DNA from: Gammaproteobacteria bacterium
GTDB lineage: Bacteria > Pseudomonadota > Gammaproteobacteria > Arenicellales > JAJDZL01
NCBI GenBank assembly: GCA_022823405.1
Contig: JAJDXD010000024.1
Coordinates: 308 to 64,307, forward strand
Direction of reading: 5' to 3'
Length of the DNA: 64,000 bases
Under the pieces are notes generated by a model that saw nothing but the letters and a program-made list of their open reading frames with translations, did no database searches and was not told the DNA's origin. Shown here piece by piece: positions 1-10,123 of this stretch. A program made the position numbers and the translations under genes. The stretch's first letter is position 1. Every line of letters starts with the position of its first letter.

Positions 1-926
1 ATACTAGCCTTATAGGCTTCAGCTTCCTGGACAATTCTGGCGGCCTGACCTCGTGCTCTCGGAATTACGTCGTTGGCGTAAGCTTCCGCTTCGTTTTTAA
101 GTCGTTCTTCGTCTTCCCGGGCTTTCACCGCATCATCAAAAGCCGCTTTCACTTCAGCTGGCGGCTGAGCGTTCTGCATCTCTACCGCTCTTACATTCAC
201 ACCTGTCTTATATCGATCAAGAATTTCCTGCAACAGGTGGCGGGTATCGCGTGCAATTTCGGCCCGTCCCGCTGTAATCGCGAAATCCATCGTGTTGCCA
301 CCGACAATTTCTCGAACGGCGCTTTCAGTTGCCTGACGTACTACCAAGTGAATTGGATCACTGACATTGAACAACAGGTCTTTGGGGTCTTTAATGTCAT
401 ACTGCACTGCAAACTGAATATCGATAATATTCTCATCTGCAGTCAACATAAGAGCTTCGCGCGTAACTGGAGTAATTGTTCGGTTCCGCTCGCTGACTCG
501 ATAGCCTACTTCGACCGTATTGACCTTCTGAACATTGACGATCAGGACCTGTTCAATAGGGAACGGTAGGTGCCATCGAAGACCTGCATCGGTCGTCTGG
601 GTATATTTGCCGAATCGAAGTTCAACGCCCTGCTCACCTTGTTCAACAACATAAAGCCCGCTTGAGACCCACAAACCGATAACCACCAACAGTGCGAGTC
701 CGATCAGTGTCTTTCGGGCTCCTCGTCTTCTTGGAGATCTGGGTTTCGTATCAGGTGGGTCACCGGGACCACCTGAACTACCCTTGTTGCCAAAACGCGA
801 GAATACCCGCGAAAATTTGTCTTGAATGTCGCTTACGATTTCATCTATTTCGGGCGGACCTGAGGATCCTCCCCGTTGTCCGGAGTTTTTATCCTGACGA
901 CCCTTTTCGGGTTCATCCCACGGCAT
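1..926 (-). CDS. hflK: HflK (SPFH/band-7 modulator of FtsH); N-terminal part only, the C-terminus lies beyond the window edge
   Basis: Not in the ORF track because it runs off the edge. Hand reverse-translation from the ATG at 924-926 gives MPWDEPEKGRQDKNSG...TLIGLALLVVIGLWVSSGLYVVEQGEQGVELRFGKYTQTTDAGLRWHLPFPIEQV...FAVQYDIKDPKDLLFNV...EAEAYANDVIPRARGQA. That is a Gly/Pro-rich tail, one TM helix and an SPFH domain. It lies downstream of hflX as in other gammaproteobacteria. Confidence 0.85.
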   Translation of the reverse strand, partial: MPWDEPEKGRQDKNSGQRGGSSGPPEIDEIVSDIQDKFSRVFSRFGNKGSSGGPGDPPDTKPRSPRRRGARKTLIGLALLVVIGLWVSSGLYVVEQGEQGVELRFGKYTQTTDAGLRWHLPFPIEQVLIVNVQKVNTVEVGYRVSERNRTITPVTREALMLTADENIIDIQFAVQYDIKDPKDLLFNVSDPIHLVVRQATESAVREIVGGNTMDFAITAGRAEIARDTRHLLQEILDRYKTGVNVRAVEMQNAQPPAEVKAAFDDAVKAREDEERLKNEAEAYANDVIPRARGQAARIVQEAEAYKAS

Positions 927-1360
927 TTGAATTACAACCTCAACGTTAAAGTATGTGATGCTTCCCTTATTCAAGGCAACGCGTACACGGCCGCCTCGAT
1001 TCGAAAGGATACGCTGGAGGCTTAATTATACGAACTTAGACCTATGCATAGAAGAGGGTTTGCTGGCCGATACTTAGTCTCCGCAATAAAACTGTCCCGA
1101 AAGAGGGTCAACAACACCTGGAAATGATGGTTGAAAAAGAATGGAGCGCAAGGTAGCTGCACTAGGTTTTGAGCAGTAGAAGGCAAGTAAACGAGCATCA
1201 TCCTCTAGATCACGGAGGCAGATAATGTTCTCAAAAATCAAGCCGCCTCTCTGATGCTCCTGGATTACCGTTAACTGCAGCGAAGAAAGTCTTATTGCTA
1301 TTCAATCAGAATACCGAATACAGAGGCACTTGCCCGCAGAAATTGAGATACGCAAACCAA

Positions 1361-2698
1361 CTATCTCAGTGTATCGACCATTTCAGGCTTGATTTGCCAA
1401 TACTCTTCCCGAAAGTCCCGATTGGTGATCAACCAGTTGACATCACTTTTGCACACTTCCAAGTCCAAAACAGAATCACCACAGTCAAGAACCTGCTCAT
1501 GCATTACACCAATCCTTGTGTAGACTGATGCCCGCAATTTTCCTGCATAAGCAGGCAAACGAATACGGGCAAGTACGTGATCACGACGAAAGAAATCACC
1601 AAGCGCATTCATCAGCAGATCTACGCCTTCGCCAGAATTGGAAGACAGCCAAATTTTTCTAACCGCACCTGCAACATCGGTCGTTTGTTTTGCGATGTTA
1701 TCTAGAAGATCAATTTTGTTGTACACTTCCAGCCTGGGAATTTCGGAAGCGCCGATCTCTTCAAGCACCGATTCGACATCTTCGATACGCTGGTCTGCAT
1801 CTTCGCTTGACGTATCGATAACGTGAAGCAACAGAGAAGCACTCGTAACTTCTTCAAGCGTTGCGTGGAATGATGACACCAATCCATGCGGCAGATCCCG
1901 AATGAATCCGACTGTGTCAGAAAGTATGACTGGGCCATAATCTGGCAGATCTATCCGACGCATCGTTGTGTCAAGCGTCGAAAACAATACATCCTGAGAC
2001 AAAACACCCGCGCCGCTTAACCTGTTGAATAGCGAGGACTTTCCAGCATTGGTATATCCAACCAACGCAACCGTCGATATGGGAACTTTTTTTCGACCGT
2101 GCCGACGAAGTTCGCGCTGAATGGAAACCTTTTCCAGTCGCTTAATCAAGGTTTTGATCCTCCGGCCAATCAACCGTCTATCCGTTTCAAGCTGAGTTTC
2201 ACCTGGACCACGCAACCCGATACCGCCCTTTTGACGCTCAAGGTGGGTCCAACCACGCACCAATCGCGTTGAAAGATGTCTCAATTGGGCAAGTTCTACC
2301 TGCAGCTTACCTTCGTTGCTTGATGCACGACTCGCAAATATGTCAAGAATCAGCCGTGTACGGTCGATTACACGACATTGAACTGTACGTTCAAGGTTTC
2401 TTTCCTGAATTGGTGAAATTGTGTGATCAACAATGACGAGCGTAGCATCTGTGCTTGCAATCAACGCTTGCAGCTCCTGTACTTTACCTGAACCAATAAA
2501 TGTAGAACTGCTAGGTGAACGGCGTTTAGAAAGAATCACTCCGACTACTTCGGCACCAGCGGACTCCGCCAGCAGCTGAATTTCTTCAAATAGCACCAAC
2601 TCGTTTGAGACCTGTCCAGGTTCCTGCCTAACCAGAATGGCCCGATCAATTCGAGCGTCATTGGTTGAAACCGTGTTGCTAGCGAGAAAGGCTGTCAA
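1361..2698 (-). CDS. hflX: GTPase HflX
   Basis: 445 aa with G1 GYTNAGKSSLFN, G3 DTVGF and G4 NKID, plus the HflX N-terminal domain (LAESAGAEVVG..., IFASRASSNEGKLQVELAQL). Confidence 0.92.
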   Translation of the reverse strand: MTAFLASNTVSTNDARIDRAILVRQEPGQVSNELVLFEEIQLLAESAGAEVVGVILSKRRSPSSSTFIGSGKVQELQALIASTDATLVIVDHTISPIQERNLERTVQCRVIDRTRLILDIFASRASSNEGKLQVELAQLRHLSTRLVRGWTHLERQKGGIGLRGPGETQLETDRRLIGRRIKTLIKRLEKVSIQRELRRHGRKKVPISTVALVGYTNAGKSSLFNRLSGAGVLSQDVLFSTLDTTMRRIDLPDYGPVILSDTVGFIRDLPHGLVSSFHATLEEVTSASLLLHVIDTSSEDADQRIEDVESVLEEIGASEIPRLEVYNKIDLLDNIAKQTTDVAGAVRKIWLSSNSGEGVDLLMNALGDFFRRDHVLARIRLPAYAGKLRASVYTRIGVMHEQVLDCGDSVLDLEVCKSDVNWLITNRDFREEYWQIKPEMVDTLR

Positions 2699-2969
2699 TA
2701 GTTCTCAGGTGCGATTTGAACTAAAAAGGAGATTAGAGAAACGCTGTGTGGAATGTTCATCACGTAATTTGCAAAATTTCAATCGCATTCATATTCCGTA
2801 AACATCAGTAGATGCATGTACGCCTCAAAATCTCAAGACAGAGCTTGAGGAACACCGGGACTGACAAATCAACTGAACGAAATTACCACCCAAAATCGGG
2901 TTTTCCCCTCAAATTCCCGACCAGGATTAAGTTGTCAATGGAATCACCGTCGGCCTCAGTGTCTGACCC

Positions 2970-3383
2970 TCACCCACCAATGGGTGAATTCAATTCAATC
3001 AGATAACCGTTGGGGTCCCTAAAGAACGCAATGACGCGAGTACCGCCTTTCATCGGACCCGGCTCCCTCGTGAATTCGACACCTTGTGATTTCAGGTAGT
3101 CTGCTGTCGCATAGACATCCGAAACTTTAAGCGCCAAGTGCCCCCACGAATTACCCATATCGTAGGGCTCTTTCTGATCCCAGTTGTAGGTCATCTCGAT
3201 GGTTGTTCCCTCATCCTCACCTTGATAACCAACGAAAGTATTGGTAAATCGACCATTCGGGTACTCATTCTGGCGCAAAATTTTCATGCCCAGTATGCGC
3301 GTGTAAAAATCCAAAGTTTTTTCCTGGTCAAAAATTCGAATCATCGTGTGATCAAGTCGAAAATCTGGTTTTTGCTCGCTCAT
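2970..3383 (-). CDS. gloA: Lactoylglutathione lyase (glyoxalase I, VOC family)
   Basis: 137 aa. LDHTMIRIFDQEKTLDFYTRILGMK...GHLALKVSDVY...GYLIELN is typical of a single-domain glyoxalase I. Confidence 0.8.
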   Translation of the reverse strand: MSEQKPDFRLDHTMIRIFDQEKTLDFYTRILGMKILRQNEYPNGRFTNTFVGYQGEDEGTTIEMTYNWDQKEPYDMGNSWGHLALKVSDVYATADYLKSQGVEFTREPGPMKGGTRVIAFFRDPNGYLIELNSPIGG

Positions 3384-3404
3384 TATTTTCCTCGTTTAAT
3401 TACT

Positions 3405-4526
3405 TTATGCTTCATGTAATGCGGGCCGAATCGCATCGGCAACCAATTCCTGATATTTTCGGACACTGTTTTCCCAATATGGCGACAGCACCCCGCCCAT
3501 TTGCGACAGGGGGGAATGCCGCCCCTGCTGCAATCGTTCGCACATTTCGTGATCCTCTAGATGGACACTGCGCCAAAGATCGTGAAGATGCTGAATTTGC
3601 TCGTCACTATAACGCGAATCGGAGTGAATGTAAATCACTCGCTTCTGACGGGTACTGGATACTCCCTCTGGAATGTTAAGATGAACTCCGATTTGGTCTG
3701 GTTGATAAGTACCGAGTACAAAATTCGGAAATAGAGTCAGGTAATGTGAGGTCACCCCTAAAGTTCCTTCCCTCGCATTTTGCAATTGTTCCTCACTGAT
3801 TTGAACAGCGCTACCCAGGCAGTGCTCATCAATCACAGTATAGTGGTCTTCCAACGGTTGGTCGGTTGTAGATTTGTGCACAAACTGGACGTGGTAAGGC
3901 TCAATGAAATTTTCCACCAGCAATTTCCAGTTGCACGCAACAGTACCGAGTTCCACGGTTGTGACAGGCTTGAAATCCGAAACGTTGTTGTCTCCCAACT
4001 GCCTCAAGATGGGGGCCAAAAAATTTTCAAATGATGCCGGCTCAGAGGATAAATTTACGAATATCCAGTCATACCAGACTTCGCAGCCTATCGGTTTCAG
4101 CCCGTTGTCCTCGTATCTGAAATCAGCTGGCACTTCACGAATTTCGCCGCCGAAATAAGGTGCATTTTTCAGTGCGCCACAAAGATCGTAACTCCAGTGG
4201 TGATACGGGCAGCGAATCATGCGTTTGGTATTGCCGTCCGTAGCAATCAGTTTGAGATTCCGATGTCGGCAGGCGTTGTGGTAGGCAGAAATCTGCCCAT
4301 CCAGACCACGTAATAGAAAGATTGGCACTCCTGCGACATCGATAGGCCGAACATCACCCACATTATCCATTTCGTGTGAAAATCCCACGAATACCCAGTT
4401 ATTGCTGAAGAGTGACTGTTGTTCGAGCCGATAGATAGTATCGTCTGTATAGACAGAACCAGGCAATCCATGGCGGGTCTCGCCAGACTTGTCAAAGTGT
4501 TCCAGTAATGCTGAATAGGACTGCAT
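3405..4526 (-). CDS. Rieske [2Fe-2S] non-heme iron oxygenase, alpha-subunit type (choline/betaine-monooxygenase-like); substrate unknown
   Basis: 373 aa. Rieske motif CRHRNLKL-x-CPYHHW (CxH...CxxH). Mononuclear iron motif EPYHVQFVH (HxxxxH). Confidence 0.8.
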   Translation of the reverse strand: MQSYSALLEHFDKSGETRHGLPGSVYTDDTIYRLEQQSLFSNNWVFVGFSHEMDNVGDVRPIDVAGVPIFLLRGLDGQISAYHNACRHRNLKLIATDGNTKRMIRCPYHHWSYDLCGALKNAPYFGGEIREVPADFRYEDNGLKPIGCEVWYDWIFVNLSSEPASFENFLAPILRQLGDNNVSDFKPVTTVELGTVACNWKLLVENFIEPYHVQFVHKSTTDQPLEDHYTVIDEHCLGSAVQISEEQLQNAREGTLGVTSHYLTLFPNFVLGTYQPDQIGVHLNIPEGVSSTRQKRVIYIHSDSRYSDEQIQHLHDLWRSVHLEDHEMCERLQQGRHSPLSQMGGVLSPYWENSVRKYQELVADAIRPALHEA

Positions 4527-4678
4527 CGCTCTAGCCTCCCGAATGCACCGGAATATTGGTTAACCTATTTCGAAATTCGCATCCAATATGGATGTTATTT
4601 TGCTTTATCTGCAAGATTATTTGCAAATATATATTTTTTCGTTAATAATTCGGCTGTAATTCTATCGTTACCACAATC

Positions 4679-5188
4679 ATGATTTCAACTTCGGCACAAG
4701 CGACCAAAGTCAAAGTGAACGGCATCGCTTCACCAGATGATGATTTAAATCGCAAAATTGTCAAGCTACTGCAAAATGATGGCCGTCGTCCATACAAGGA
4801 GATTGCCAACGCACTCAACGTATCTGAAGGTACGGTACGCAACCGAGTACAGTCAATGAAACAGGCCGGTACCTTGCGAATCGTTGCAGTGGTCGACCCT
4901 ACCGAGGTCCGCTACAAGGCTGATGCAATGATTGGCATTAAGGTTGCACCGGGTTGTTCCGTCGAACAGGTTTCCAAACGGCTTGGCGAATCACCCGATG
5001 TTGTTTATATCCTCTGGGTCACTGGCCGTTACGACTTATTGATCGAAATAGTCACCAATGACATGCAGAATTTCCACCAATTCCTAGAGAAAGAAATTCA
5101 CAGTCAACCCGATATTGCCGCAAGTGAAACGATGTCTGGACTGAAAAATTTCAAGAACCAGTTTCTGCTCAAGTACGACTGGAACTGA
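4679..5188 (+). CDS. Lrp/AsnC family transcriptional regulator
   Basis: 169 aa. HTH LDDLNRKIVKLLQNDGRRPYKEIANALNVSEGTVRNRV followed by a RAM/AsnC_trans_reg domain. Divergent from the Rieske gene and just upstream of the GS-like gene. Confidence 0.88.
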   Translation: MISTSAQATKVKVNGIASPDDDLNRKIVKLLQNDGRRPYKEIANALNVSEGTVRNRVQSMKQAGTLRIVAVVDPTEVRYKADAMIGIKVAPGCSVEQVSKRLGESPDVVYILWVTGRYDLLIEIVTNDMQNFHQFLEKEIHSQPDIAASETMSGLKNFKNQFLLKYDWN

Positions 5189-5234
5189 AAGTAATTTATC
5201 CCCTAGATTTCCAATGATTTAAGGAGAACTGTCA

Positions 5235-6650
5235 ATGAGTATCTACATTGAAAACTTTGATGATGCATTGTCTTCAGATGAGCGAATCGCTGAGGTACGC
5301 GGGCAACTCGAAGAAGCCGGCGTCAAGTATGTTCTGTCAACCTGGATTGATCTTTTCGGCATTCCAAAAACAAAACCGGTACCAATGAGTGATTTTTACG
5401 AGTTGTGTAAGGGAAGAGGCCCGCAATTCGCGGTCCATTCCATCTCCTACGTGCCGGAACTCACACCTGCTGATTCCGACCAAATTATGGTTCCCGACCT
5501 GAATTCAGTGTACATCTGCCCCTGGGATAAAAGCATGGCCATCATTTTTGCTGACCTGTTTTGGGAAGGTAAACCCTATGATCATTGTCCAAGACAGGCA
5601 CTGAGACGCGCCATTCGCGATGCAGAGCAAGCCGGTTATGTCGGCTATGCCGGTGTTGAGCCGGAATTTATCGCCATGCGCTACGATGAGAACGGCAACC
5701 CCGTCAAGGCAATCGATAACGATCCGCCAAATGGTGTACGCCCAAGACGACAGGCATTTGGTTACGATGTCGAATTTTCACTGGACTCGATGCACTTTCT
5801 GGGTGAAATGATTGACATTCTGGAAGACCTGGGCTGGAATCTACATGACGTGGTAGCTGAAGGTGCTTACTCGCAGTTTGAACTTGATTTTCACTATACT
5901 ACGCTGCTTGAAATGGCAGACCGGCTGGTATTCTTGCGCATCCTGCTCAAGGAAATTGCCAAGAAGCACGATATGTTCATCACCTTCATGCCTAAACCGA
6001 CTACTGGTGACTGGCGTTCGGGGGCACACATTAATTTTTCAATGCAGTCTGTAGATAACCCTGGAGTTAATCTCTTCGGGTCCAACGAAACGGGTTGGCA
6101 GGATGCGGCGCATCATGCAGTTGGCGGACTCATGACCCACTCAGAGGCTCTAACCGCAATCACGTGTAGTACTGTCAATTCCTACAATGGACTGGTACCG
6201 AGAGTTGGTGGTTTCGAGGGAGGAACAGTGACCTGGGCACCAACCAATATTACCTACGGTCACAACAATCGATCAGCGCAATTCCGTTTACCGCAAAACC
6301 GCTTCTGTATTGAGAATCGTGCGGCCGATATGTGCATGAACAGCTATCTTGGACTTGCCATGACTGTTAAGGCTGCCGTCAAAGGCATCGTCAATCAAAT
6401 TGATCCCGGACCTGCAACCGACCGAGACCTCTATCAAATGACTGAAGCCGAACTCGACGAAGCCGGTGTTCGCCGATTGCCTAGAAACCTGAGTGCCGCA
6501 ATTGAGGCTCTTCAAAATGACGATCTTGCAGGTGAGGTGATGGGGACACGTATGCGTGATTCCTTTATCGCTTACAAGATTGATGAGTGGGAGCGATACC
6601 ACCAAACCGTTACCGACTGGGAAGTTCAGGAATACCTGCGACTCTATTGA
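5235..6650 (+). CDS. Glutamine synthetase family protein (type III / gamma-glutamyl-amine ligase-like)
   Basis: 471 aa. GS beta-grasp N-domain (VKYVLSTWIDLFGIPKTKPVP) and catalytic domain (GVEPEFI..., SGAHINFS, NRSAQFRLP, ENRAADM). SD-like AGGAG lies upstream of the ATG. Confidence 0.82.
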   Translation: MSIYIENFDDALSSDERIAEVRGQLEEAGVKYVLSTWIDLFGIPKTKPVPMSDFYELCKGRGPQFAVHSISYVPELTPADSDQIMVPDLNSVYICPWDKSMAIIFADLFWEGKPYDHCPRQALRRAIRDAEQAGYVGYAGVEPEFIAMRYDENGNPVKAIDNDPPNGVRPRRQAFGYDVEFSLDSMHFLGEMIDILEDLGWNLHDVVAEGAYSQFELDFHYTTLLEMADRLVFLRILLKEIAKKHDMFITFMPKPTTGDWRSGAHINFSMQSVDNPGVNLFGSNETGWQDAAHHAVGGLMTHSEALTAITCSTVNSYNGLVPRVGGFEGGTVTWAPTNITYGHNNRSAQFRLPQNRFCIENRAADMCMNSYLGLAMTVKAAVKGIVNQIDPGPATDRDLYQMTEAELDEAGVRRLPRNLSAAIEALQNDDLAGEVMGTRMRDSFIAYKIDEWERYHQTVTDWEVQEYLRLY

Positions 6651-6662
6651 TTCGAGCAGTAT

Positions 6663-6682
6663 GAGCAGCAGTTTTGCTGCTC
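6663..6682 (+). terminator. Perfect 8-bp stem-loop (GAGCAGCA-gttt-TGCTGCTC) just after the GS-like stop; no clear U-tract
   Basis: Read directly from the sequence. It starts 13 nt downstream of the stop codon at 6648-6650. Confidence 0.35.
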
Positions 6683-6962
6683 CAATGAGAATGGTTGGAA
6701 TTCAGGTGGTCCAGTTAATTGTTGAAATGATTGCATTTGTTTCTGACCGATTACAACATCGTGCAACCTGGTCTTTAACCTGCTAATCACAGGCCGAGAA
6801 ATTGCTAGCACATTTATGAATTTATGCCGTTTTTCGACTGGAAACATCTATTTCGTAAGTCAATGTTCATGCATCAGATAGCAGTGAGCACTCAGGGAAC
6901 CAAGAGTATGTATTGGAATAGATGAATGAACCTCAAAGAACTGGATTGAAAAAACGAGACCG

Positions 6963-7973
6963 ATGGCAGCCGACTACGAAATTTTCAATTTAGGCGATTT
7001 TGAACTTCAATCAGGCACTAACCTGATAGACGGAAAACTCGCTTACAAAACTTACGGTGAACTAAATCAGGATGGAAGCAATGTCGTAGTGCTTCCAACC
7101 TTTTACACCGGAAGTCACATGCGTAATGAAGGCTTCTTTGGGCAAGGTCGTGCTATTGATCCAGCCAGACACTTTGTCGTTTCGGTCAACATGTTTGGTA
7201 ATGGAATTTCGTCATCACCTAGTAATTCTCAGCCTCCTCAGCGCGGAGCAGACTTTCCTCAAATTACTCTGTTTGACAACATAAGAGCACAATATCGATT
7301 GCTAACCGAAAAACTCTGCGTTCAACAGATTGCTCTGGTCACTGGCTGGTCAATGGCGGGTTGTCAGTCCTTTCAGTGGGGTGCTCAGTACCCGGATTTT
7401 GTCAGTTCAATTTTGCCGTTTTGCGCATCAGCTAAAACCTCAGAGCACAACATTGTGTTTTTGGAAGGAGTTAAGGCTGCACTAACTGCTGATTCAACCT
7501 ACAACAATGGCAACTACCAAAATCAACCTACCAAAGGTCTCAAAGCATTTGGCCGCGTTTACGCTGGCTGGGCTTATTCACAGACATTCTATAGAGAACA
7601 AATGTACCGGCAACTGGGTTTTGATTCAGTTGAAGAATTACTGCAGGACTGGGAAAGAGATCATCTTGACTGGGATGCAAACGATTTACTCTGTAAACTA
7701 AAAACCTGGCAGCTTGGTGATATCAGTGCACAACCAGCCTACGGCGGAAACTTTGTGGCAGCGTTAAACGCGATTCAGGCGAAAACCATTGTCATTGTCT
7801 GTGACAGCGATCTTTATTTTCGTCCCGAAGACAATCAATTTGAAATCAAGCATATTCGGAACGGGGAACTTCGAATATACGATTCCCCCTGGGGCCATCT
7901 GGTACCTTCCCCTGGATGCGTTCCTGAATTTGAACGATATCTCGATCAGGCGATTTCAGAACTGCTCGATTGA
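6963..7973 (+). CDS. MetX-like alpha/beta hydrolase (homoserine O-acetyltransferase family, putative esterase/acyltransferase)
   Basis: 336 aa. N-terminus FELQSGTNLIDGKLAYKTYGELNQDGSNVVVLPTFYTGSH is typical of the MetX family. Nucleophile elbow GWSMAG. Confidence 0.75.
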   Translation: MAADYEIFNLGDFELQSGTNLIDGKLAYKTYGELNQDGSNVVVLPTFYTGSHMRNEGFFGQGRAIDPARHFVVSVNMFGNGISSSPSNSQPPQRGADFPQITLFDNIRAQYRLLTEKLCVQQIALVTGWSMAGCQSFQWGAQYPDFVSSILPFCASAKTSEHNIVFLEGVKAALTADSTYNNGNYQNQPTKGLKAFGRVYAGWAYSQTFYREQMYRQLGFDSVEELLQDWERDHLDWDANDLLCKLKTWQLGDISAQPAYGGNFVAALNAIQAKTIVIVCDSDLYFRPEDNQFEIKHIRNGELRIYDSPWGHLVPSPGCVPEFERYLDQAISELLD

Positions 7974-8427
7974 CCTGGCACACTAAGCAGAACGGGATAC
8001 CCGCTCACTTGTCACCATCTAATTCTGTGACGCTTTCGAAAATGTTGAATCTTTGATTCGACAAGCGAATTTGTAGTCTGGGATTGTTGATGAGCCCGGA
8101 ATTTTTCGTCAAATAGAATTGGAATGAATCTTGCAAAAATTGTGACAGCAACATCCATTCATCAATCAAATCCTATTGATTCCTCTGAGAATCTTGGCTT
8201 TTCTAAGTACTGCTCAAATCGCCACAAAGAAGAGACTCGCTTATTGAAAGTCTGAGGTAGTCGAAGATGACTTTGAGCACTTTGGCCGAATGGTTGCGAT
8301 TTGAATAACTGTGTCAGGGAGTACAATCCGATTTCAAAACTGAACAGCGCTATGCGTTGATTTCACCTGGATGTGAGGTTCAGACAAACCCTCCTACACC
8401 TGCTTTTACAGTCGTCTCACTAGGGGA

Positions 8428-8658
8428 TTACTCAGATGAAAACCGAAATGATGAATCGGGAACAATTGTCGAAATTGCGTGCTTATATACAATTTGTGTT
8501 ACGCCCGCTCTCAATTGAATGACAAATCGATCAAAAGATTCAATATGGCCTTGGAGTTTTATTCCGTTTACTAAGTAAATTGACACCTTCGTGTTCTGTT
8601 TTCGAAGCTCATTCAAAAACGGTTCTTGAAGCAATGATCCCTTTTGCTGATTGCTCAT
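8428..8658 (-). CDS. hfq: RNA chaperone Hfq
   Basis: 76 aa. [39 protein letters not shown]...[13 protein letters not shown] contains the Sm1/Sm2 motifs. Confidence 0.97.
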   Translation of the reverse strand: MSNQQKGSLLQEPFLNELRKQNTKVSIYLVNGIKLQGHIESFDRFVIQLRAGVTQIVYKHAISTIVPDSSFRFSSE

Positions 8659-8957
8659 GAATTTTCCAACCTGTTATGTTTACAGTCATGCGGCATTTAT
8701 TATTTTTGTTTTGGTAATCGGGTAATGATATTACATTTGTTTTGAATCATGGAATTTTCGGGGGACTTTCGATCTGTGTTGAAGAAGGCTGATAGTCAGC
8801 AGTCTGCGCTCGGCTAAACATGTTCCGTTTGTCGCAATTTTGGACTCACGGTTCAGTGCGGATTTATCTCGCGCCAATAAATTCTTAGATATTTACTGGT
8901 GAGTTGAGTAAACTTAATTACTTGCTGCCATTGACAGCAACAGGAGACGGAGCAACA

Positions 8958-10007
8958 ATGGAATACAGAACGCTTGGACGTACAGGTGTCCAGGTTTCCA
9001 GTTTGTGCCTTGGCACAGACAATTTTGCAGACCCGACGCCAGAAAAAGAAGCGACGCGGATCCTCGATATGGCATTAGATGCCGGAATTAATCTGGTTGA
9101 TACCGGCGATATTTATGCGGACGGGGAAGGGGAAAAGATTATCGGGCGCGCGCTCAAAGCAAACGGCCGCAGACATCAGACCTTGATCGCGACCAAGGTT
9201 GACCATGGCAGACGACGCCCCGGGTACTCTTTAGACGAACCGTCGCTTTACCAGCCAAACGATTATGGTCACTCTCGCCTGCATATCATTCGCGCCTGCG
9301 AAAACTCCCTTCAGAGACTGCAGACCGACTACATCGATTTGTACCAGCTTCACCGCCCCTCTCCCAATATCCCTTGGGATGAACAATTGGGAGCGCTTAC
9401 AGATCTTGTCCGACAGGGCAAGGTTCGCTACATCGGGTGTTCAACGCATCCAGCATGGAGCGTGGCGGAAGCGATCATGGTTAGTGAGCTGAAGGGATAC
9501 GCTCGTTTTGTATCTGAACAGCCGCCCTACAATTTGCTGGATCGCAGAATAGAGAATGAACTGGTTCCACTTTGTCAAAGTCATGGATTGGGTTTGATCG
9601 CATGGGCGCCTATGGCGATGGGAGTATTAGCTGGCCGATACTCGTCGGCTTCTTCCTACCCCGAAAACTCCAGGGCGGCATTAAGAGGGGGATTCTACGC
9701 TGATCGAGTCACTGAAAAAGGCATCGAAGTGGGCAATCGATTTACTGAAATTGCACAACAACTAGGTTTAACGCCTGCTCAGCTGGCGATTCTGTGGGTT
9801 AAAGATCAGCCGGGAATCACCGCGCCGCTGATCGGTCCGAGAACAGTTGAACAGCTGGTCAGCCTGATACCGGTAAAAGACATGAGTCTGGACGATCAGA
9901 CGCGGGCCGAATGTGATGCACTTGTACCCGAGGGAAGCGTTGTTGCCGATTTTCACAATACAGCAAACTGGATGAAGATGAAAGTCAGTTGGGAAAAGCC
10001 AGCATGA
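8958..10007 (+). CDS. Aldo/keto reductase
   Basis: The track ORF starts at 8904. I prefer the in-frame ATG at 8958 ([20 protein letters not shown], the usual AKR N-terminus), which has GGAG about 11 nt upstream. Confidence 0.85.
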   Translation: MEYRTLGRTGVQVSSLCLGTDNFADPTPEKEATRILDMALDAGINLVDTGDIYADGEGEKIIGRALKANGRRHQTLIATKVDHGRRRPGYSLDEPSLYQPNDYGHSRLHIIRACENSLQRLQTDYIDLYQLHRPSPNIPWDEQLGALTDLVRQGKVRYIGCSTHPAWSVAEAIMVSELKGYARFVSEQPPYNLLDRRIENELVPLCQSHGLGLIAWAPMAMGVLAGRYSSASSYPENSRAALRGGFYADRVTEKGIEVGNRFTEIAQQLGLTPAQLAILWVKDQPGITAPLIGPRTVEQLVSLIPVKDMSLDDQTRAECDALVPEGSVVADFHNTANWMKMKVSWEKPA

Positions 10008-10123
10008 ATGGCTCAAAAATGGTTTACGCTGGCACACTAGAATGAATGTGGATTGTATGGATCTTCAATAAATTACAGATGTAACAGTTTCATTAACTAC
10101 AAAACTACGAGGAGATGAGTGAT

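Noticed and set aside
237-949. Track ORFs 237-569 (+) and 692-949 (+).
   Set aside because: They are antisense or out of frame to the clearly recognisable hflK coding sequence on the minus strand. Their composition is odd and they have no SD.
5235-6650. Naming the GS-like protein GmaS and the betaine-type ABC system (45745-49960) TmoXVW, which would imply a methylated-amine pathway.
   Set aside because: This rests only on family membership and gene order recalled from memory. No diagnostic residues or partner genes (mgs/mgd, tmm, tdm) are visible in the window. It is kept as a hypothesis only.
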